This document shows, piece after piece, positions 36,991 through 46,143 of a DNA stretch of 53,937 nucleotides (position 1 is the stretch's first letter; every line of letters starts with the position of its first letter). Source of the stretch: a virus (taxonomy: Duplodnaviria > Caudoviricetes); IMG/VR virus record IMGVR_UViG_3300030012_001811, positions 1 to 53,937 of that record. One strand, given 5' to 3'. The notes under the pieces are model-generated. The model saw nothing but the letters and a program-made list of their open reading frames with translations. It ran no database searches and had not been told where the DNA came from. Position numbers and translations under genes: made by a program.

Positions 36991-39801
36991 CGAGAGCTTA
37001 CGCCATTTTTCAACATAAATCTTTCTGAACCCTTGTTTTAAATATCCTTTTATTAAATACCAATCACCTATTTTTCCATCCTCAACTATTGGTTTGCCAA
37101 GCTTGTTATATTTAAATCTGTCAACTGTTGATATGATTGGACCAGTGTCATCCTCAAATGTCATATTCAACCAGAGATTATTGCTGTCAACCTTTCTCCC
37201 TCCTCTTTTGGCTAGGTTCACTGCCTCATTCATGTCTCTCAAGTTCTTCTCTTTGAGCTTGCCGAAAAACACATATGTTCCAGGATTGTCTGCTTCTAAG
37301 TCTTGGATCTCTATTATTGGTGTTTTAATGTTGTGTGCCAGTGGATCTGCTTTTATATGCCCAAACCTCCTCTCACACTCGAATATATCATCGTATGGTG
37401 TTTCTCCATTGTCTAAAAGCTTTTCCTGTCTGGGTGTTAGTGGTTGCTTCAATTCACGTCTGTTTATAATGTCTTCAGCCATTTTTGGACCAACACCTTT
37501 TATCCCTATCAAGCCACCGATGAGTTCACCATTTTGAACTGACCAATTCATGCCAGACCTATATTTATCATATGACTTGTATCCCAAACCCTCTTTTGAT
37601 ACTTCTCTCAAAAGCCTTACACCTTGATCATCATCCTTAACATTCCTGAGACATGCTGCAGCAAACTCCAATGGAAACCTACTCTTGAGCACACAACACC
37701 AGTAGCTGACCAACCCATAGGCAATAGCATGACTTCTGTTAAATGCCCACGATCCCATTGTGTTAATATTTTTCCATATGGTCTGTGCTTGATCTTCATC
37801 AATACCATTTTCAATGGCACCAACTTTAAACTTCTGCCAGTAGCCATCAAAGAACTCCTCACCAAGAGATTTACTCATGGCTTTGCGCAACTGAGACACA
37901 TCCTCCCAACTGAGCTTGCCAACATCCCTAGCAATGTTCATAACTTGCTCCTGATAAACAACAACACCATAAGTAACTTTTGTTATGTCCTCAGTCATTG
38001 GGTGTAAATATTCCACTGGTTTTTCACCGATCTTCCTCTTGATATATTGAGTTGTACCACCAGAGTTCAATGGTCCAGGACGAGCCAAAGCAGTTATTGA
38101 TGCAATGTCTTCAAAATTATGAACTTTCATCTGCCTAGTCAAAGACTGCAGTGCGTAACCCTCAAACTGGAATATGCCTGCATACTTTTCATCATTCAAC
38201 AGCTCAAAAGCTTTTTCATCATCCAATGGGTGCTTTAATAATTTTTCTCTGCTCCATCCTATCTGATCAAGAACATCTTGCAAAACTGACAATGTTCTCA
38301 AACCCAAAGCATCAATTTTTAATAAGTTCAGATCCTCAGCATCTTTTTTGTCTATCTGTGCTGCACCTGTTTGACCAGAAACAGAACAGTAAAGACTGAC
38401 TGGATCCTCTGTTATTATAATCCCTGCTGCATGAACACCATTGTGTCTGGCATGGTTCTCCATATCTGCAGCAACTCTCATTTGCGGATACTTTTCTAAG
38501 ATCTGCTTTCCAATGTCAAGATCGTTGAATGTGTCAAGTATGCAAAATGCTGCACGGGAATCACCACCACTCCTCTCAATGATAGCACCTTTTAAGTCAT
38601 TGACCTCCCATGCTGGTATTCCAAGTTCTTTCGCAACTTCTGATATAGTTGATTTTGCTTTGTATCTTGACACTGTTCCTAGATGGGCAACTTTTTCTGC
38701 ACCATACTTTTGCCTGATGTATTCAAAGACCATCTCTCTGCGATCATCTTGAAAGTCGATATCTATGTCTGGCAGATCTGCCCTAGTAATATCAATAAAT
38801 CTTTCGAACAGTAAGTCATGCTCTATCGGATCAATGTCTGTTATGCCAATCAGATAGCAAACCAATGACCCAGCACTGGATCCACGAGCTGGACCAACAA
38901 GCATATGTTCCTTGGCATAGTTTATCATGTCTGCTATAACATAAAAATAATCCTCAAAATCTTTATCAGCTATCAGTTTTAACTCCCTGTCCAACCTTGC
39001 TTTGTAAACAGGATCGCTAAGATCTATCTCTCTTGGCTTTGCTCCCTCGACACACATTTGTCTCAAAGTCTTATCAGAATGAAATGATATCATTTGAGCA
39101 GTTGGCAAATCAACATTACAATCCAAAGCTATTTTATATGTCATGTCTATTGCTTCTTGTGGTGCCCATGGCAAAGCATCTTTCCATTCCCACTCATTAA
39201 GTATATGCATTGGCGCAGTTCTATCTTGTCTGTTCCTGCCAACTAACACCTCATATGCTTTTTTGTCTTCTGGCTTTGGATAATAATTATCAGAGGTGGC
39301 AACAAAATTAAATCCTTTCTCTTCAGCCCATTTAAAATTATTTTTAGTTGTCATGGGATTGATCTCGAAATACATATCATCTTTTTTGGCCAAAGGAAGC
39401 AATCCTAGTATTGGATGCGTTCCTGTCAATATTATTATGTTTTTGCTGATATCAAAAAGGTGCTCATAGCTTAATCTTGGATGATAATAAAAATGATCTT
39501 TGTCTGTGCTTTTTGTCACTAGTTGATAAAGCTCTCTCAAGCCATCATTGTTTTTGGCTATGAATGTCATCTCATTTGTTGGTTGTTTGGATCTCTCTGT
39601 TGCATCCTCAACTATTGGTATCTCAACTCCAAACAAAGGTTTCTTTCCTGCTTTCTTACAAGCCTTGCTGAAAGCAACATGACCCCATGTTCCAGAGTCA
39701 GATATGCCCATGACATCACCTTCTGTTGTCTCAACAACTTTATGGATTGGTCCGAAAGCTTTTCGGAAAGAATATTCTGATCTCAAACGAACATTTATCA
39801 T
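36988..39801 (-). CDS. dnaE: DNA polymerase III alpha subunit (family C)
   Basis: GPARGSSAGSLVCY, PDIDIDF, GVHAAG, KIDALGL, GIFQFE, LARPGP, FNRSHAIAY. Confidence 0.96.
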   Translation of the reverse strand: MINVRLRSEYSFRKAFGPIHKVVETTEGDVMGISDSGTWGHVAFSKACKKAGKKPLFGVEIPIVEDATERSKQPTNEMTFIAKNNDGLRELYQLVTKSTDKDHFYYHPRLSYEHLFDISKNIIILTGTHPILGLLPLAKKDDMYFEINPMTTKNNFKWAEEKGFNFVATSDNYYPKPEDKKAYEVLVGRNRQDRTAPMHILNEWEWKDALPWAPQEAIDMTYKIALDCNVDLPTAQMISFHSDKTLRQMCVEGAKPREIDLSDPVYKARLDRELKLIADKDFEDYFYVIADMINYAKEHMLVGPARGSSAGSLVCYLIGITDIDPIEHDLLFERFIDITRADLPDIDIDFQDDRREMVFEYIRQKYGAEKVAHLGTVSRYKAKSTISEVAKELGIPAWEVNDLKGAIIERSGGDSRAAFCILDTFNDLDIGKQILEKYPQMRVAADMENHARHNGVHAAGIIITEDPVSLYCSVSGQTGAAQIDKKDAEDLNLLKIDALGLRTLSVLQDVLDQIGWSREKLLKHPLDDEKAFELLNDEKYAGIFQFEGYALQSLTRQMKVHNFEDIASITALARPGPLNSGGTTQYIKRKIGEKPVEYLHPMTEDITKVTYGVVVYQEQVMNIARDVGKLSWEDVSQLRKAMSKSLGEEFFDGYWQKFKVGAIENGIDEDQAQTIWKNINTMGSWAFNRSHAIAYGLVSYWCCVLKSRFPLEFAAACLRNVKDDDQGVRLLREVSKEGLGYKSYDKYRSGMNWSVQNGELIGGLIGIKGVGPKMAEDIINRRELKQPLTPRQEKLLDNGETPYDDIFECERRFGHIKADPLAHNIKTPIIEIQDLEADNPGTYVFFGKLKEKNLRDMNEAVNLAKRGGRKVDSNNLWLNMTFEDDTGPIISTVDRFKYNKLGKPIVEDGKIGDWYLIKGYLKQGFRKIYVEKWRKLS

Positions 39802-39869
39802 GATATATAATTAGATAAAATTATAACCACTATTGCTCCGATGATGGATCCAATTAATGCTGGTGTCAT
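39798..39869 (-). CDS. 23-aa single-TM micro-peptide
   Basis: MTPALIGSIIGAIVVIILSNYIS; AAAGGAG RBS; stop overlaps dnaE ATG. Confidence 0.5.
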   Translation of the reverse strand: MTPALIGSIIGAIVVIILSNYIS

Positions 39870-39871
39870 TT

Positions 39872-40453
39872 CTATGCTCCTTTCATAGTTTCAAAAAAGT
39901 TATACCACCCTGTGATGATAGTTTTTGTGCCAATATTATTTATCACACCTCTGTGAGTATGTGTCCAACCAACTGGCCAAATGACAGTTAGTCCTTTAAC
40001 ACATGGCGTTGACAATTTCTGATAATAAAATTCTGTCCCAGCATTATCCAAAGTATTTAAGTATGTCATGAACGCTAAATGCCTTGAGCAATCTGCTAAA
40101 CCCATGTTTTCACAATGCCATCCATAAAAACCCTCTCCAGGTTTATAACGCTGTATGTTTATTCCCTCAACAATTTTATAAGGGGAGATGCGATCACTAT
40201 AAGAAAATTTTTCTTTATAGCTATCTAAACACTCTTGTAGATAAAAAAGATATCTATCAAGCTTATAAAACTCTTTTGGGAAAACAGTTTTCTCTGTGCT
40301 TTTTTTGATTTCTTCATTAACACCTCCTCCAGCCATGCCTTTTGCGTGAGTGTCTTTTTCTGAGTCATAAAGTTGCATTATATCATCACAGACATTCTCT
40401 GGCATATACCAACCACCAATAAAGGTGCTCTCATCAATTTTATGTTCATCCAT
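39872..40453 (-). CDS. 2OG-Fe(II) oxygenase
   Basis: WHCE (HxE), YLN..GTEF, THTHRG, K.IITGW. Confidence 0.88.
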   Translation of the reverse strand: MDEHKIDESTFIGGWYMPENVCDDIMQLYDSEKDTHAKGMAGGGVNEEIKKSTEKTVFPKEFYKLDRYLFYLQECLDSYKEKFSYSDRISPYKIVEGINIQRYKPGEGFYGWHCENMGLADCSRHLAFMTYLNTLDNAGTEFYYQKLSTPCVKGLTVIWPVGWTHTHRGVINNIGTKTIITGWYNFFETMKGA

Positions 40454-40986
40454 TAAAGGTGTCCTTCTTTTTTATACCATTTCAGAATCTCTACTGTTGC
40501 CTCAACATCTGCCAGAGATCTGTGAGCTGATTTATGCTCTTTGCCAGTGACCTCAAAGTAGATCTCTCCAAGCTTTCTGAACTTCCCCCAGACTGATTTG
40601 CCTAGTTCCATTGTGCACACGTGCTCACATGGCCAAGGGAACTTGGTTATTTTATCCGATCTCTCAAGCTCAAACTTTAGTATCTGTCTGTCGAAAGTTA
40701 AATTGTGGGCTGATAAGTGGCTCTCGCCAAGAAAAAAATCACATAAACCTTTGAAATGAGCTATGAATGGTTTTTCTGTTTTAAGCATCTCATCTGTTAT
40801 TCCTGTGATCTTTGTTATCTTTGGATCCAAGTCATGTCCAGGATTGCACATGAACTCAAGTCTGTCAACCTCTTTGAAATCATCATCAACCTTGATAGCA
40901 CCAAACTCTATTATTTTGGGCTGAATGTTTAAGTCAGATCCCTCTGCTTTAGGAAGTCCAGTTGTCTCCAAATCAAACACTATCAT
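40453..40986 (-). CDS. DEDDh 3'-5' exonuclease (DnaQ/epsilon-like)
   Basis: VFDLETTG, AHNLTFD, AHRSLADVEAT. Confidence 0.9.
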   Translation of the reverse strand: MIVFDLETTGLPKAEGSDLNIQPKIIEFGAIKVDDDFKEVDRLEFMCNPGHDLDPKITKITGITDEMLKTEKPFIAHFKGLCDFFLGESHLSAHNLTFDRQILKFELERSDKITKFPWPCEHVCTMELGKSVWGKFRKLGEIYFEVTGKEHKSAHRSLADVEATVEILKWYKKEGHL

Positions 40987-41449
40987 CTTTGTTAATCCTA
41001 ACAATAAATTTAAGATCCACTCCTAGTATATGTTGTGTATCAAAAATCACATAGTTATAAGATCTCTTTCCTGCTATCACTGGATTCGTATGAGAGTCTG
41101 TGAAAACCTCTTGAGCCACCTCAATAAACCTTTCCTTGAAAAACTCCTTCCATTTAATCAGCTCTGCGTTGGTGCAGTGCATCCCCAGATGACTAACAAC
41201 ATTCCTGTCACCTCTTTCATCTATCCAGTTTCTACCTGATGTATAGTTCAAGACCTCAAACTCTTTGCCAGATATCAAATCATAATTAAAAGATAAGTCT
41301 GCCTCATTTGTTCCTTCGTTTGAAAAAACATTGCCAGTGGCAACAACATGATCTTCAGTCCACTCAACTGCACCCATCTCAGAAAGAAGTTTCTTTGCAG
41401 CAATAGGATTCTCTGGGCAGATAGCTATTTGTTCGATTGTGAATTTCAT
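40973..41449 (-). CDS. VOC/glyoxalase-like protein
   Basis: EQIAI...FEVL...SHLGMH pattern of paired beta-alpha-beta-beta-beta modules. Confidence 0.55.
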   Translation of the reverse strand: MKFTIEQIAICPENPIAAKKLLSEMGAVEWTEDHVVATGNVFSNEGTNEADLSFNYDLISGKEFEVLNYTSGRNWIDERGDRNVVSHLGMHCTNAELIKWKEFFKERFIEVAQEVFTDSHTNPVIAGKRSYNYVIFDTQHILGVDLKFIVRINKDDSV

Positions 41450-41450
41450 T

Positions 41451-42143
41451 TTATGCTCCATATGGTAATATGCACCCAGTCAAATATTTGTGGTGCTCTT
41501 TTGATTGAAGTAGGAAAGCAATAAACTCAGCCAATCTTTCTGGTGGAGTTTCTTCCCCTGCTAACAGCCCATTGAGTTGATACTCTTGAGCATATTCTTT
41601 TGTCCAGCCACGAGTTTTAACGACCTGTTCATCTATTGAGTCACTCATGCCAGTGCCAGACAGTTTGTTAGGTGCTATGCCGAAAACTGTTATGCCATGC
41701 TTTTTTGTAAGCTCACGAGCCAACTGCAAAGTCATTATGTGTGCAGCACCTTTTGATGCATTGTAAGCCAACGAGCAAGTCATAGGCATATGTGCAGCAT
41801 TGCTGACGACATTGACAACAGTTCCTTTCGATTTTATTAATGATGGCAAACAAGCTTTTGTCATAAGATATATGCCCTTGGCATTCGTGTCCATGACCTT
41901 GTCCCACATATCCTCCTCAAAATTTTCAAGCCAATCTATCAAATTAACACCAGCATTATTTATTAAGATATCAATATCAAAAGGTGTGATATCCAAAACC
42001 TCTTTCAATGCTTTTGCCTCTCTGACATCGTTGCCATCTTCTATATTGAAACCATGAACACTATGCCCTTGTTCCTCAAGCTTATCAAACATTGCCTTGC
42101 CTAGACCACTGCTGGATCCAGTTATTAAAATATTACTCATCAT
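41451..42143 (-). CDS. Short-chain dehydrogenase/reductase
   Basis: TGSSSGLG, NNAG, S...YNASK catalytic triad. Confidence 0.92.
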   Translation of the reverse strand: MMSNILITGSSSGLGKAMFDKLEEQGHSVHGFNIEDGNDVREAKALKEVLDITPFDIDILINNAGVNLIDWLENFEEDMWDKVMDTNAKGIYLMTKACLPSLIKSKGTVVNVVSNAAHMPMTCSLAYNASKGAAHIMTLQLARELTKKHGITVFGIAPNKLSGTGMSDSIDEQVVKTRGWTKEYAQEYQLNGLLAGEETPPERLAEFIAFLLQSKEHHKYLTGCILPYGA

Positions 42144-42441
42144 CTTCTCCCTTAATTAATGACTCGACCATTGCAGCATAAACTGCAGCATCATGAATGG
42201 AGTCCTTGTGTTTTAAGTCGCTGTTTGCAAACCTTGTTATTTTAACAATCATCAGCTCAAACAAATGCCAAATGTTAAAATCATCATTGCTCCTCAGTTC
42301 AACTCCCTTTGGGAACAAAGCTACCATAACCTCACCAACATTTTTATAATTGTCTCCATAAACTCTGTTCCTCTCTCTGAATGTGTTGGCCATCTCCTCG
42401 AGGATCTGAGCTGCATCTTTATTCTTCTTTTTTATAGACAT
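42133..42441 (-). CDS. DUF6378-like nucleotide-modification-associated helical protein
   Basis: ERNRVYGDNY...VKITRF...DSIHDAAVYAAM. Confidence 0.62.
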   Translation of the reverse strand: MSIKKKNKDAAQILEEMANTFRERNRVYGDNYKNVGEVMVALFPKGVELRSNDDFNIWHLFELMIVKITRFANSDLKHKDSIHDAAVYAAMVESLIKGEDDE

Positions 42442-42610
42442 GATGTTGTTTCCCTTCCTCGTATGCTTCTTCAACCTTTGTATCATAATCATTTGCTTTG
42501 TCAAGCAGTTCCCTTAACTCATGCATTTGAACAGAGCTTATGTCGAAGATCCTAGCGACCTTTTTATCATCAAGCTCTAAGTCATTGCCAACTATTCTAA
42601 TCCTTTCCAT
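42419..42610 (-). CDS. Small hypothetical protein
   Basis: MERIRIVGNDLELDDKKVARI...; TGATG coupling. Confidence 0.6.
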   Translation of the reverse strand: MERIRIVGNDLELDDKKVARIFDISSVQMHELRELLDKANDYDTKVEEAYEEGKQHHVYKKEE

Positions 42611-43044
42611 CAGAACTCTCCTGCAGCAACTTGGAGACAGGTCAACCCTTCTTTCCTCCACATATCAACGACTACCTTACGATCTTCTAGAACAAACCAA
42701 ACATTTTCTTTCTCAATGTTTTGCTCGAGCATATTTTTCTTGCAGTCGTCATCATGAGACATATCTCCAGTTTTCCTCATTAACAATCTGTCAAATGGAA
42801 TGTCGTTAAGTCTTAACCACTCAGCAGTGTCTTGATGGTGCCACTCATCTCTGGCAGTCATTACAACTATCTCTGTTTCATCATCATGAAGTCTTCTTAA
42901 TATGTTGCAAACATTTTCTATTGGCTTGTCGTCTTTGCCTCTTGAATTAAAAGCATCATAATCTTTTTGGATCCAAAATTTAACACGATGTTGATAATCA
43001 GACAATGTGCCATCGAGATCTGCTATGATTATTCTTTTCTTCAT
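42610..43044 (-). CDS. HAD-family phosphatase (T4 PNK 3'-phosphatase-like)
   Basis: DLDGT, TAR, K, EDR motifs. Confidence 0.88.
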   Translation of the reverse strand: MKKRIIIADLDGTLSDYQHRVKFWIQKDYDAFNSRGKDDKPIENVCNILRRLHDDETEIVVMTARDEWHHQDTAEWLRLNDIPFDRLLMRKTGDMSHDDDCKKNMLEQNIEKENVWFVLEDRKVVVDMWRKEGLTCLQVAAGEF

Positions 43045-43054
43045 AATTTTCTCC

Positions 43055-43615
43055 CTAATTAAATTTCGGTCCATTTATAAAATATGCCAGACTGATCCTA
43101 TCACCATCTGTTACAGGTGTAACCTCATGCCAGAGGTGAGACTTGAAAAGGACAACACTTCCTGGTGTTCTAAATTTTTCTGCTGGCTGTTTATTAATAA
43201 TTAATTCACCTCCAGTGTAAGTTCCCTCAGACAAATTAATTAACATTGTCATCTTGGTGTCAAAAATAATACTGCGAGAAGAATCAGTGTGTGCACCATA
43301 ATGACCTTTGATTTTTGAAGAGTAAACATTTTGCAGTGTAACATCATATATGTTAGGAGGGAATGTAACATAACCAAATTCACAATGACAAGTTCTAATA
43401 ACTTTTTGCACTAAATTTTTAATAGCTGTTGTGTGGTCTCCAAGATAGATCCTCTTTGGTTTTATGTTCTTTTTGAGACTACCATCTGGATTTTGCGCAC
43501 CATCACTTGAATCCTCAATATCAAAATATTTTTCATTGATCTGTTTGTTTGCTGATTTTATTTCTTCTGTCGTCAGTTGTGGTTCATCCCAAACCCAAAA
43601 ATCATAAAAACTCAT
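43055..43615 (-). CDS. 2OG-Fe(II) oxygenase (PKHD/prolyl-hydroxylase-like)
   Basis: HTD, YTGGEL, WHEVTPVTDGDRISL. Confidence 0.88.
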   Translation of the reverse strand: MSFYDFWVWDEPQLTTEEIKSANKQINEKYFDIEDSSDGAQNPDGSLKKNIKPKRIYLGDHTTAIKNLVQKVIRTCHCEFGYVTFPPNIYDVTLQNVYSSKIKGHYGAHTDSSRSIIFDTKMTMLINLSEGTYTGGELIINKQPAEKFRTPGSVVLFKSHLWHEVTPVTDGDRISLAYFINGPKFN

Positions 43616-43878
43616 TTCACACTCCCTAATAATTTTTTCTGAATATTTTTCAAAAGATTTTTCATTTTATTATTCTTCTTATCAACCTCATCCATAGCAA
43701 TCTTCAGATCCTTAAATAATTTTCTGTGCTTGAATGGTTTGACTTTGTAAATGACATATCTAACTTTTGACTCATGCATGCCAACGATCTCACCTATCTG
43801 CCTCATAGTTTTGCCCTCAGATCTCAAGTCATGTATCTTGATTGCGAGATCCTCGCTATATAATTTTTTCCTGCCCAT
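43612..43878 (-). CDS. Helix-turn-helix DNA-binding protein
   Basis: GKTMRQIGEIVGMHESKVRYVI. Confidence 0.7.
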   Translation of the reverse strand: MGRKKLYSEDLAIKIHDLRSEGKTMRQIGEIVGMHESKVRYVIYKVKPFKHRKLFKDLKIAMDEVDKKNNKMKNLLKNIQKKLLGSVK

Positions 43879-43886
43879 TGCCTAAC

Positions 43887-44534
43887 CTATTTATTTAAAG
43901 CTTTATACATAGATGGTGCAGCCCACTCTGTAGGAGTTAAAAATGGTTCTGCCCATGGGTGCTCTTTCACTACCTCATCAACCATAAGCTTAAACACCTC
44001 TTGATATTCACCTTGTGCTCTCGGTGATAAACGAGACTTTGCCATCTCACTCAAAGTTCGCAGATTGAACTTTGCGACAATGTTGGTGTGAATGTTTGTT
44101 GGCAATATCCCTCTAGCATCTTCTGCAGGGATATCCAGAGACCTCAATGCTTGATATTGATCATTTATAACTTTCATGGCAGTGTTATAGATCAACCTTG
44201 CATCTTCATTGTCTGATATTCTTGGTGGCGTATAATATCCAAAACCTTGCATGTCAACTGTTCTCTGAGATTGTTGAGCGTATGAACCTTGACGTGTCCT
44301 AACAAACTGATGGGTGAACCCTCTTGTCACATCCCTGATATCAAAGGTGTAGTCAATGAACTCCCAAGAGGATCTTATGGTCTGTAGCATGTAGTCAAGT
44401 TCTGCCTGCTTCTTTTCATCATCCCATTGAGAGACTTTTTCATAAGCATCCTCATCATTCATCAACCTTGTGTTTTTTGTAAACAGCAATAAGTTCACTG
44501 CATCTGACGTCGCATTAATTAATTTCACTTTCAT
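43887..44534 (-). CDS. thyX: ThyX-like flavin-dependent thymidylate synthase homologue (divergent motif)
   Basis: HQFVRTRQGSYAQQSQR (canonical RHRX7S, here RTR), EDARGILP, NLRTL, RAQGEY. Confidence 0.85.
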   Translation of the reverse strand: MKVKLINATSDAVNLLLFTKNTRLMNDEDAYEKVSQWDDEKKQAELDYMLQTIRSSWEFIDYTFDIRDVTRGFTHQFVRTRQGSYAQQSQRTVDMQGFGYYTPPRISDNEDARLIYNTAMKVINDQYQALRSLDIPAEDARGILPTNIHTNIVAKFNLRTLSEMAKSRLSPRAQGEYQEVFKLMVDEVVKEHPWAEPFLTPTEWAAPSMYKALNK

Positions 44535-45466
44535 GCTTTCATTCCTTTCTGATTATGCATAAGTCTTGTGTAGCCACTGCTACCTCTGATAAACCTCTCA
44601 ATGTGTTGACAATCTTCAACAACATCATCGAGAAGCAACTGTCGCCAAGTCGCAAAACGACCTAGTGAATATATACCATACTTGGTTGTCATTTCAAATA
44701 TGAATTGTTTCCTCAGATCCTCATCGATGGGTCTGATCTTTCCATACAGTTGATTTGATTGCTCCATGTGATGGATCTTGTAAGCTCGGATGCCGAAGTC
44801 CTCTTTGAGCACCTCCATTAAATGTGGTCCAGGAATTGACTCTGGTTTGCGAACGAACTCTGATATTATTATATTGCCTATAATGGAAACTCTATAAAAT
44901 GGTAACTTTGGATCTGGGTAATAAATAGTTTGATAAACATTACACTCTGGATCCAAGATAGTTCCCTTTTGCGTCCATATCTGTTGATGAGGAAACTCTG
45001 GTATATCTTGCCAACCTATTATCTTCATCAGTGTGGGCATTGGTATAGTAGATATGATTGGCTGTTCAGTTCTCTCTATGACACTCTTGCTCAAGCTCAT
45101 ACCATATCTCATCTTGCAATTGCTTGCCATCATTTTTATAAGTTCCCATGGAGCTATAAACCTGTCTGATGGATCCAAATTATTTATGGATCTGCTGAGT
45201 ATAGCTCCTGTGACTTTTTGAGAATATAAATTACTTAGTCGAAGGTTTGGAGTTGTGTGAATTTTGTCATGGTATTTTATGGCTTTGTGCACACGAACTT
45301 TTTTGAATGGTATGGCACAAGCTGTCCCAACTTTGTCAGTTCTAAATCTTAACAATGCTCCATGATTGTTCGGGAGATCTTTTTGTGCCTCGTGGACTTC
45401 AACGTCAAACCCACGAAGCATATTCCCTGCTAACAAACCTGCTAAGCCTGCACCATAAATAATCAT
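44531..45466 (-). CDS. FAD-dependent oxidoreductase (UDP-galactopyranose mutase/amine oxidase-like fold)
   Basis: IYGAGLAGLLAG dinucleotide-binding motif, ISTIPM, SLGRFATWR. Confidence 0.75.
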   Translation of the reverse strand: MIIYGAGLAGLLAGNMLRGFDVEVHEAQKDLPNNHGALLRFRTDKVGTACAIPFKKVRVHKAIKYHDKIHTTPNLRLSNLYSQKVTGAILSRSINNLDPSDRFIAPWELIKMMASNCKMRYGMSLSKSVIERTEQPIISTIPMPTLMKIIGWQDIPEFPHQQIWTQKGTILDPECNVYQTIYYPDPKLPFYRVSIIGNIIISEFVRKPESIPGPHLMEVLKEDFGIRAYKIHHMEQSNQLYGKIRPIDEDLRKQFIFEMTTKYGIYSLGRFATWRQLLLDDVVEDCQHIERFIRGSSGYTRLMHNQKGMKA

Positions 45467-46047
45467 ACCAATTCAACCCTTCCTTTTTTAAGATCGTGAG
45501 CAACATCTTCTCTCACTCCAGCTTTTAAGATGTCGAACTCTTTTGACTTCTCGATCAACAGCTCATAATTGATCCCACCTTTGTTAGCCATGATGATCTC
45601 AAAAATGTGCCAAGCACGAGTGCCAGTCTTTCTAGGATTTTCCTTGACAACAGCTTTTACCACCTTGTCATAAAAAGCACCTCTCCCTCTGGAGACCTTT
45701 GCATCATCCTTGATGATCTTGGCAACAGTGGGTGCATTCTTTTTTGCGAAGTCGCTGATCTTGGATCCATTCCAACGAGTTGATGCCACTGGCACATCCA
45801 TGCCATTTATAAGATTAAATAATCTGACACCACCTTTTGCTTTGTCAGAAAACCTGCTGACAGGCTTTTTGGAGTACTTGTTATATATCTCTGCTAGCTT
45901 TGCAGTGGATACATTAACATTGTTGTAGATCTCGAGTGCACTAGAAAAATGGAGAGATCCATTTTGCATAACCTCAGCAACATCTCTGCTAACGTAGGCT
46001 TTCACTTCAAGAGTTTTTAAGTCGATTGAATAACATTTGTCTAACAT
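45463..46047 (-). CDS. Early hypothetical protein
   Basis: ATG 46047 after GAGAAAGGAA; C-terminal ENPRKTGTRAW segment. Confidence 0.72.
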   Translation of the reverse strand: MLDKCYSIDLKTLEVKAYVSRDVAEVMQNGSLHFSSALEIYNNVNVSTAKLAEIYNKYSKKPVSRFSDKAKGGVRLFNLINGMDVPVASTRWNGSKISDFAKKNAPTVAKIIKDDAKVSRGRGAFYDKVVKAVVKENPRKTGTRAWHIFEIIMANKGGINYELLIEKSKEFDILKAGVREDVAHDLKKGRVELV

Positions 46048-46051
46048 GATT

Positions 46052-46140
46052 TTTTCCTTTCTCAGTATCAATAGAGATTAGTATGTCTTATTTTTTGCAA
46101 AAAGAAAAGGATTTTCTTTCCCTTTAAAATCAAACACTTA
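46052..46140 (-). promoter_or_regulatory. Early promoter cassette 3 (IHF site, TTTTCT-17-CATACT, RBS)
   Basis: AATCAAACACTTA at 46128-46140; ACTGAGAAAGGAA shared with the other cassettes. Confidence 0.7.
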
Positions 46141-46143
46141 ACA

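Noticed and set aside
34968-46071. Extended N-termini given by the ORF track (35684, 41004, 42504, 43074, 46071)
   Set aside because: They run through promoters or upstream genes; downstream ATGs with a clear RBS or coupling were chosen.
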